The translations under genes were made by a program, and so were the position numbers. DNA of 64,000 bases, from contig CM074515.1 of assembly GCA_037379345.1 (NCBI GenBank), positions 3,038,001 through 3,102,000 of the forward strand, read 5' to 3'. Under the pieces are notes generated by a model. It searched no databases and was not told the DNA's origin. It was given only the letters and a program-made list of their open reading frames with translations. Every line of letters starts with the position of its first letter. Positions within the stretch are counted from its first letter, which is position 1. The DNA is from Perna viridis (lineage: Eukaryota). Of this stretch, positions 61,211-64,000 are shown in pieces.

Positions 61211-61252
61211 CAGAGTACAACTGTAAAAAATCTTCACTTGATTGTTCAGTAC
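61211..61252 (-). other. Candidate 42-nt non-coding (5'UTR) exon of the zinc-finger gene
   Basis: On - strand: ttttgttttgtttcag|GTACTG...CTCTG|gtaagt; strong acceptor, perfect donor, no ATG. Confidence 0.55.
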
Positions 61253-62169
61253 CTGAAACAAAACAAAATATTTTGTAAATATAAATTGTATTAATTTTTT
61301 TTAATAAGTGCAAACTAACAAATGCAATGATTCAAGGAGACAATGTCCTGTTAGACCATTCAAATGCACCTTACATGTACCTGCCTTGTGACCAGTATTA
61401 TAGACTTTCATATCACCCTGATAGTACCTTATAGATCAAATCAATGACTTTTAAAGACCAAACTAAGGACTATTAAAGATGGATGCTTCTCTCCATGAAA
61501 TTTGAGTGTGATAAGTTGAGAAATACAAATCCTATCTCCTAAGCCATAACTTGGATAGTTTATAGACGAAGTACAATCAATGACTAAGTACCAATTAAGA
61601 CAAGTGCTCTGACAAACAGCACCGAAGTTCCTGAATATCCTTTAACGCTGTGACAATTCTGACCTTTTGTCTGACTTTTAAAGAGCAATTCTGAAATGCT
61701 TTAACAACAGGAACAATGCAGGGCTCTCTAAACACATGATTATACCAGAACTCATCGTGATGGTAAATTAAAGCATTGACTTCCTCTCAACTTATTATTT
61801 CTGAAATTCATATATCCTGAAACTTTTGACTTTTAACACTAAGCCTATTTTCCCATATTTCATGTAGTAATTTTGTAGGATATAATTGGGAATCATTTTG
61901 GCATGAAACTCAACAATTGGCAAATTATGATGATTATCATCGGCAACCAGTTCCACAATAAAGGATGAAAATTGTCTGTTAATTTGGAAATACAGAGGAA
62001 ATGCTTAATTTCTAAATTGCTGTACAAAATCAAGTTATAGAGTCTGGTATTTCTGGGTTACCATGATCTGGTGATTAAAGCTTCCAAAAACTTGGCAGAG
62101 ACTTAAACAATGCTACAACTCAGGGATGAAATCCTTTGTTCTTCCAATGGTTATTGTTGCATGCACTTT

Positions 62170-62294
62170 TACAACAAATCATGACTAATGGGGGGGGGGG
62201 GGGCTCAGAGTATTCAAAGGGAGGTAACTCAGGCACTTCTACTACAAATTATGACTAATAGGGAAGGCTTAGAGTATTCAAAGGAAGGTAACTA
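62170..62294 (+). repeat. Imperfect tandem duplication containing a G14 run
   Basis: acaaat.atgactaat.ggg..gct.agagtattcaaagg.aggtaact twice. Confidence 0.75.
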
Positions 62295-63121
62295 AATGAT
62301 ATGACCATCATAACTGCTTTCTAATGATTTTTTTAATTGTTAACAACTAACAGCTCAAAATAGAAAAAAAATAAAAGAATTTTAAGATAAACTCTATCAA
62401 ATTACTGAGTATAGCTGTACACTCTTTCACCTGGTAATAGAAAGAAAAACAGAAATCCATTTTTTTTTTAAATTTGAAGAAAGCTGCATCTTCAAATGCC
62501 AGCAACTAGTGGATAACAAAATAAACTTCTTAACTGTTAGAAAATGTTGTAAAAGACAATGTGCACTTCTAATACATTTCTGATGGGCACAATTTACATA
62601 AATTTTCTACAAAAAGGATTTTTTTTTTAAATGTTGATAATCAAAATTGGAAAATTTTATAAGATTTGCAATTTACTCAATGATTTGTAAACAAATTGTG
62701 ATTTAATGAGAAGCTATAAATGCAATGATTCCGGAGATAGTTAGACCCAAAATGAAGTTTTGTATTGGCTACATTGAATCTGCATACCCTTTCACTAAGT
62801 TGACATCAGGCTCAGTGTCAAAGTTCAAGTGGCACTCAAAATTGTCATAACTGTGAATAGTATGGGTCTTGGCATGCATCCTGCAACAGATGCTGCTTTG
62901 TTAATGGCTCCATCAAGTTATTTATACCTAAATGAAATCTTTAATTTGGAACTAGGTTACATATTGTTTTAAATCAAATATAATTATATTGTCCATAACA
63001 ACAACTACCCATGGACAACTGATATTAAAACAAAGAACTATTGTTCACTTTAAAGTATTGCATTTTTTATATCAAATACAACTCCACTACAACCTTATTA
63101 CTGGCCATAAATACCTGTGGC

Positions 63122-63193
63122 ATCAGGGCATGATACAACTGCTTCTTCTTAATAGGTATCAGGGAATGATACAACTGCTTCTTCTTAATAGGT
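63122..63193 (+). repeat. Tandem duplication (36 bp x 2)
   Basis: atcaggg.atgatacaactgcttcttcttaataggt twice. Confidence 0.9.
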
Positions 63194-64000
63194 TAACACA
63201 ATAGAAATATCAGAAATGTAAAATAAGTGAGAAAAAATAAAGAGAGCTTACATCAATAGATACTAACAGTTTGGCAAAGTTCCATGGAAATTGCTGAAAG
63301 CATTTTTGAGTTATTGCCTGAAATGGAAATCACTCTATTTTTATTAATTAAGTCAAAAAATTGAAAATTAATAAAAAAAAAAAATCAAAAGCAACAAACA
63401 ATTTACCGAAGTTTGTTGGAAGTACTGGAAGTTTTTTTTTTCATTATTACTGGAATTTTGAAAAAAAACAGAAGAATGGACAGTGGTATAAGAAATCTTG
63501 TCTGCAAAGACTAGTATTTAAAAAAAATCTCTTGTCTTATTAATTTAAGTGCCATCTTTCAGTAAATCCACTTCTTCTCCACCTTCTCTAAAATATTAGA
63601 TATAATTTCTTATTCACAGAATGTGGTGTACATGGAAACCTTCATTGAACATGGAAAAAAAACTTGTCATCTACAAAATGTGGAACAGAAAAAACTCTAC
63701 ACAGCTTGGGTATTATACAACTTCAAGTGACATCTTTAAAGAACAACTTTTCTAAACCAATGTCAAACTTTCATATCAACATGATTAAGAAGATTACAGG
63801 GAAATAGTCCCCTATTATTGATGTATAGCATAGAAACAGGGTTTCACAATTTCCTAAAAAACATTTGGTTCCAAAATTCAGGTGCATTAAAACATGGGAA
63901 TTTAAAAAAAACAAAATAACATATTAAGATAGCTAACTAACTAATTATTCCAGATGATTCCCCCTTTTTTCTCATATACTTCGTATACTTCAATAGATTG

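Noticed and set aside
60929-61294. 121-aa + strand ORF
   Set aside because: TTG start, no recognisable motif, AT-rich non-coding composition.

Overview
AT-rich eukaryotic genomic DNA with GT-AG introns. The repeat content resembles bivalve/molluscan genomes (inference). Two convergent genes are present. (1) + strand, 38..25797: the 3' part of a Piezo mechanosensitive channel gene. I reconstructed 28 consecutive phase-compatible internal exons plus a candidate 9-nt microexon. The gene ends in TWO intact, diverged (about 52% aa identity) copies of the terminal exon encoding the pore-lining inner helix and C-terminal domain (23780..24062 and 25545..25797). Both splice in frame to the same donor, so one gene could make channels with two different pores. 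This is the main finding. Piezo splice junctions are also repeatedly caught in local tandem duplications. One 45-bp array creates four in-frame donors at the position of the lateral plug, and a 38-bp branch-point array forms a ~960-nt AG-free zone. (2) - strand, 34924..41868: a 2314-aa protein with about 30 C2H2 zinc fingers, encoded in one ~7-kb coding exon. Upstream of it lie a long intron rich in CAGGTA motifs and a candidate 42-nt 5'UTR exon at 61211..61252. The rest of the window is non-autonomous transposons (HINE/Helentron-like, Tc1/mariner-like, nested MITEs), SINE-like relics and minisatellites.
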